The notes under the pieces are model-generated. The model saw nothing but the letters and a program-made list of their open reading frames with translations. It did no database searches and was not told the DNA's origin. Positions 58,826 through 64,000 of a stretch of DNA of 64,000 nucleotides are shown piece by piece. The translations under genes were made by a program, and so were the position numbers. Origin of the DNA: Eimeria praecox (Eukaryota); assembly GCA_963920595.1 (NCBI GenBank), contig OY986946.1:8122001-8186000 (forward strand), in the 5' to 3' direction. How positions within the stretch are numbered: the first letter of the stretch is position 1; every line of letters begins with the position of its first letter.

Positions 58826-61517
58826 GGTGCCTGAGGGGTTAGGTGCCTGGGAACCTCCGGCCAAGAGAAGGACAGTTTTTATTGCTAACTGCTAAATGCA
58901 AGCTAATACGTAGTAGTTGTATTTCCTACACAAGCAAAATCAGCATCTTGCCACACCGAGTCCCCAGTCCTGGTGGGGCTGAAGAGGTACTGCCGCGCAG
59001 GGTCCAGTAGAGGCGAAAAGGGTGTATGCTTGCCATATTCATTTGAATGCATCCATAACAACCGGGATATTCGAAGTAATCAAGTTGGAAGCTTTCCTTA
59101 ATGTCGCTTCAGGCAAGATGGACTGTTACGGCAGCGTCACGCTTCACCGTGCACTTCCTCGTTACTGTGTGCAGCATGCCAAGGGGATAATTAGCATCTT
59201 TCCCTGCTTTCACGCGTTTTCCATCGCTAAAGTAGGTTCTATTGATAGAACAGGCACGCAAAGCTGTGCTGCAGGTAGATGCAACGGCGATCTGGGGCTA
59301 GTCACGACCTGCCTTCCGAGCATTTGTACCGTGAGTCCTCGATATTAGATGAAGGCCGTATCGAGATGCATGCAGTCTGGTCAAATATCTGAGGGGGCAG
59401 AGCCCCCAAAGCAGCAGATATTGTGCCTTGCCTCCAGGCACCCTGAGGGCATCGGCCCAAAGCCTGGTGCTAGTGGGGCAAGCAGGCCTGTAAGGATTGT
59501 CCTTGGTCTGAATAGGGAATCCCCATGAGCTGCAATACGATAAACGCTTGAAGGCAAGAGTACCTGAAGAGCATCTTGCCATCCCACCAGCCTCTACGTG
59601 TCCCGGGCACACCTGCCGAAGGGCCTGGGCTGGTTGTAACGCGTTCAGAGCTGTCAGGGGATGCAACGCACGTTGCTGGGGCTAGTAGCCCCATAGCCAA
59701 TACCCCTTTGCTGCATTCGTCCTCGTTGTACACTGTAGTGCTTACTGTCTCTAGACAGTTACATAAATCCGCCCGTGTGAGCGTGCGAGCAAGCAGGAAT
59801 ACGAGTACCAACATCACGCATAGCGTGTTGCACTAACCCTATAGGCTCCAGTGCAGACAGTCGTTAAACACTTGCTTGGCCATCCATAGTCAGCCTGCCA
59901 GGGCGTAGAGATGAGGCTACTAACATTACACAGAGCATGCTACAGGAGCAAAGGATGCTGGGTACACACACGCAGTACCGTGACAGGCGGGCCGGTTTCC
60001 TTACCATCAACAGCCCATTCGGCACCTGTGTCCAGGATGTTGGAGGGTACGCCAGCTGCTTTTTCAAGACTTCTTAAGTTTCAGGGCCCTAATGCAGCTC
60101 GCGCGGCCCTACGGTAAGGTCGAGGATTCCCGTTATATGCTGCAGGGTAATCATCCACGTAGAGACAGTCTCCTTTGGTTGCATGCGCAAACACTGTAGA
60201 ACAATGCTAAACACTTACTCTGTCGTCTGTAGCTAGCGTGCGCGCAAGTCAAAGCTTCCGACAGACGACCCTCCACCGTGCAACAGTTGTGATGGAGCGA
60301 CCTTTAGACCAATTTGTTCCTTCTGAGGCACTAAAGACACTTCTTGGTATTAGAATCATCCTTTCGAAGGACTTTCTAGTGCACGTAAGCAAAAAGGGGT
60401 ACCACACTGAACTCCAGAGAGGCAAAGTGGTAGGAAAAAGACACGCAGCCGACGGGAGGCAGAGCCCAACGGCGAGGTTCCACGAACAACAGAGGGCGTT
60501 CCCCTTGTCTATTGTTGCTACCCCTTTCTGGACAGCATATTTCATTTACTTCTTGTCGAAATGATGCACGCATTCTTCTGGTACCGGCTGCGATCGAGAG
60601 GGCTGCAGCTGCTGCCGCCGCCGCTGTTCCTGTTGCATGCGGCAGCGCCCCACATGAAGAAGAAAAGGGGTAAGCAGTGAGCATTCGTACAGCTTAGTTG
60701 CCTTTAAATAAAAAGACGTCAATAGAGGAAGCAGAATATTAGAAGTGGCCCCACAAGGAGCAGGCCCTGCAGCCAAGCAGTAGGAGCACTAGCAGCAATC
60801 TCACAGCTTTTCTGAAGTTTGCCGGTGGCTGGAGTCCTCTTAGCAGCTTTTGCTGATAGTTTTCTTCTGGAGGCAACATAATCAGTGAAGAGAGCAGCAG
60901 CATCTGCATCTGCAGCTGCAACGACAGCCTCACCAACAGCGGCGGCGACAACGGCGCAGTTGGGAGCCGCTCGCTCTGCATTTCACAAAATTTTCCAGCA
61001 GCTGCAGCAACAGTAATTCCACTAAATGCGGCGGCAGGGCAGTGGGCAAACTGTTCACAGGCATCTTTAGGTCCCCGAACTCCCCTCAGGGGCCACTCAG
61101 GTCGTAGCTGTTACCTCTTCTGTTGTCAATTCGCTGACTAGCTGCCTCTGCATTCCATTTGGAAGTAGCCTCTGTAGGGGCAAGCCAGGAACCGATTAGT
61201 TCATAACACGTGCTACGTGGTACAGCATACCGTGCACTGACAAAAGTAGTAACAGCAGCTGGATGCAGGGTGAGCTTCTGGTGGGCTAGGGGCTAGCAGT
61301 GGCGGCAGCAGGTGCTGCTTTTTTGGCAAAGGCTGCTGCTGCTGTGCACGCGTAGGTGCAGTCCGATGCAGAGCAAGCGGCAGCAGGTTAGGGGTTGCTG
61401 TTGGTGTGGAGGGTTGTAGCCCTGCGACCCTCGTGTACACCACCAGCTGCAGGGGGAGCAGCAAAAAGCAGCAGCAGCAACGGCAGCAGAACCATTAGGG
61501 TATAGGTTGGCGCAAGG

Positions 61518-64000
61518 ATGCAGGTGGAAGATTTTGACAGGGCCGTCAGCGCCCTCTTCTCTCAGGGAAGCGCAGCTGTTAACCACGCCACACGATGTGA
61601 AGCCGAGCAATACCTCAGAGGTACGCTTCGCCTCTTCCTCGCATTTTTTCCGGATGTTTTACTCCATACATACATTTTGTTTATCCTCCTTGCTGTGCCC
61701 CTCTCATGTCGACCTCCCTCTGTTCTACTTTCTTGTCAATGCCCCTAATGCACCTCCGCCAAGCGTTTCTTAGCGCCAATGATTCAGTTGCTCATGCGAC
61801 CGCCTTGGCTGCGCCTAGGTTGCACCGCGTTTGCTGTTGCTGGCTGTGCGTATTTTGCAGCGGTCTGTGGAAGTAGCAGCGGCACCCTTATGCTTCTGTC
61901 GGCGCTGCAGTCTCGCTGTTCTTTCGAGGCCAAATTCTTCGCGTTGCAACAGCTGCTGCAGCAGCTGCCGCAGCAACAGTATCAGCAGAGGCAGCAGGTT
62001 AAGGACCTTTTGTTCAATGTAATGCGCCTACGAGTATGTAGCGTGTGGGCTTGCCGCAGTAACAGCAGCAGCAGCAGCAGTGGGGAGGCGGAGAACCCTG
62101 CAGCGCAGCTTGCGGCTGCTGCTTCAGACCCAAGCTCAAGCCCTGATGCTGCAGGCGTGCACAACAAGCTTGCTTTGTTGGTTGCGCGTCTGCTGGCAGC
62201 AGACGTCGACAGCGAATCAGGAGCATCACCAGCTACAGCAGCAGCAGGGAAGAAGGTGGCGTTCTTGCCTTTGCGGCTGCTCTTGCACCAAGAGCTGTGT
62301 GCACTTTGTCTGCAGCTGCAGGATACAGAAGACGGGGTGAAAGCAGTGACTGCAGCAGCAGCAATTAGCGACCGCTGCGTCGCCTGCAGAAACCCAGCCT
62401 GTGCTGCAGCAGCAGGCCGAAACCTTGCAGCAACTCTTGAGTCAATACGTGTTGCTCTGCGAGTACTATTGGTCTTACACCAGGAATACCTGGAGGATAT
62501 GCCGGCCTCCACTGTAAGTTTCCTGACCCTCCGTTGTGATGTTGGGAGGGGCTGATTGTGCTACTGCTGAGCTGCCCCTTTTAGCCTGCTGCTGCTGTGG
62601 GACTAAGCTATGCCTTTATTGCCAGTCTGCTACTGCTGTGCTGATAAGTTGCTGAACTGCTGCTACTTTGCCGTTGTTGAGCAACCTGCTGCTGCTGTTC
62701 CTGAGCAACAGGTCAGCACGGCTGTTTCTGAGTGCCGGAAGGAGCTCTTTGGGCATTTGTTGTAGCTTTACGCATTCTCTGAGCGCGTAGCAAGTACTTT
62801 CATGACGGTGTTGGGGGTGTTTGCGTGTTAGCAAAGATGTGTGGCCCTGGTTCGTGCATTTTTGCAGCTCTCGGTAGCACTCAAGAGCTCGTTCCCGTTC
62901 GATAACGAAGTGGCCTCAGGTTCGGCTGCTGCCACCTGTCCGCCGCCGTTTTCTCCACAGCTCCTGCAGCTGCTGCAGCTGCTTCAACTGACGCATAAGC
63001 ACAGCCCTTCGCTGGCCAGTTTGCTGCAGTTGTGCTGCTCAGTGGCAGAGAGGTACGTGGGGTGGATTGACTTGCTCCTGCCGCCATCGCCGCAGACAGG
63101 TGCAGCAGTGGACTCGGGCAGCAGCAGCAACAGAAGCCCCAATATGCTGCAGCTTTTGGGGGCAACGTGGTTATCAACAGGCTTCTCTGACGCGGCTTCT
63201 GCAATTGTGGTGTTTATACACCGCAAGATGGAGCCTGCCGCACGGATCGATCTTTTGTGCCGCATGGAGGTGAGCAGCAGCAGCAGCAGCACTGGCTTGT
63301 GGCAGGTTGTTGGAGTGTGCGGTGGATTTACGTGCCTTTTTGGGTGTATCTGCAGCTTATCGAGTGGCTTTTGCACGAGACTCCGCTTTCAGAAGTAGCC
63401 GCCTCACCCTCAATGATAGTTCCTTTTGCCGCAGTTGTCAATGCAACAGTAGCAGCCTTGACAGATGCAACAGGGGCGCTAGCGGAGAAGCTGGAGGCAG
63501 CTGGAGGAAACATAGATTTAGTGGCAGGCAGCAGTAACGCTCTGGTGGCGGACAGGAAGCCTCAGGAGCTGCTGCAACAGGTGGGTGTTGGGGGCTGCTG
63601 CTGCAAGGGCATGAATGAGATTCACAGATTCATCATATCTTCACATCGTTGAGATGCGAGCGCTTGGTTCTTCGGCCTGCATGGTCCCTGCCAAGAACGT
63701 CTGCAGCGCCCTCCAGGGGCTAAGGAGGAGGCCGCTGGCTCTGTTATATTACCGACGCGGTGTAGCGCATAGCTGCAGAGGTCTAGCTTGCCGTCACGTG
63801 CAGCGTCTTCGTCTGCGGCTCCATTTGCTGCTGCTACTGCGGGCAGTAGGGATTGTATTGACGTGATGGGTTGTGATGAACTTGCTCAGGGGTTGACGGC
63901 TTTGTGGGCGGTGCTGCCGCTGTCGGTGCAGTTGCTGGGGTCTGGAGGTTTAGATGTATCGAGCTCAGTGGTACCGTCTCTCTCGCTACTCTTGACAAGG
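61518..64000 (+). CDS. Exportin-T (Los1/XPOT)-like karyopherin, 5' portion; continues beyond window
   Basis: Exon 61518-61620 (MQVEDFDRAVSALF..RCEAEQYL) splices in phase 1 to 61861-62513 (EAKFFALQ..VKDLLF..VHNKLALLVARL). A later exon contains CCSVAERYVGWIDL, resembling the exportin-T YVSWIDL motif. Confidence 0.65.

Overview
Eukaryotic, intron-rich DNA from a coccidian apicomplexan, most likely Eimeriidae (Eimeria/Cyclospora-like). Support: CAG-repeat poly-Ala/Gln coding tracts, intronic TGCATGCA and AAACCCT-like motifs, long (CA)n/(TA)n microsatellites and coccidian-type genes. Most entries in the ORF track are exon fragments or shadows. Gene models built by hand, left to right: the 3' part of a RON8-like rhoptry-neck gene (28 exons in the window, all 27 introns phase 0, micro-exons alternating with domain-sized exons); a secreted single-FAS1 protein; a Gln-rich/RWD-like/Myb/CHY zinc-finger gene with two apparent GC-AG introns; a poorly resolved hypothetical gene; a 26-bp perfect hairpin; a decayed Ty3/gypsy gag-pol relic; a solo LTR nested inside a related solo LTR, each with its own target-site duplication; an intronless membrane protein resembling DUF4760; myosin essential light chain ELC1; a large NCoR/Snt1-like SANT protein; a PH plus coiled-coil protein; NudC; and the 5' part of an exportin-T-like gene. 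All homology calls come from motif recognition or recall, not from database searches.
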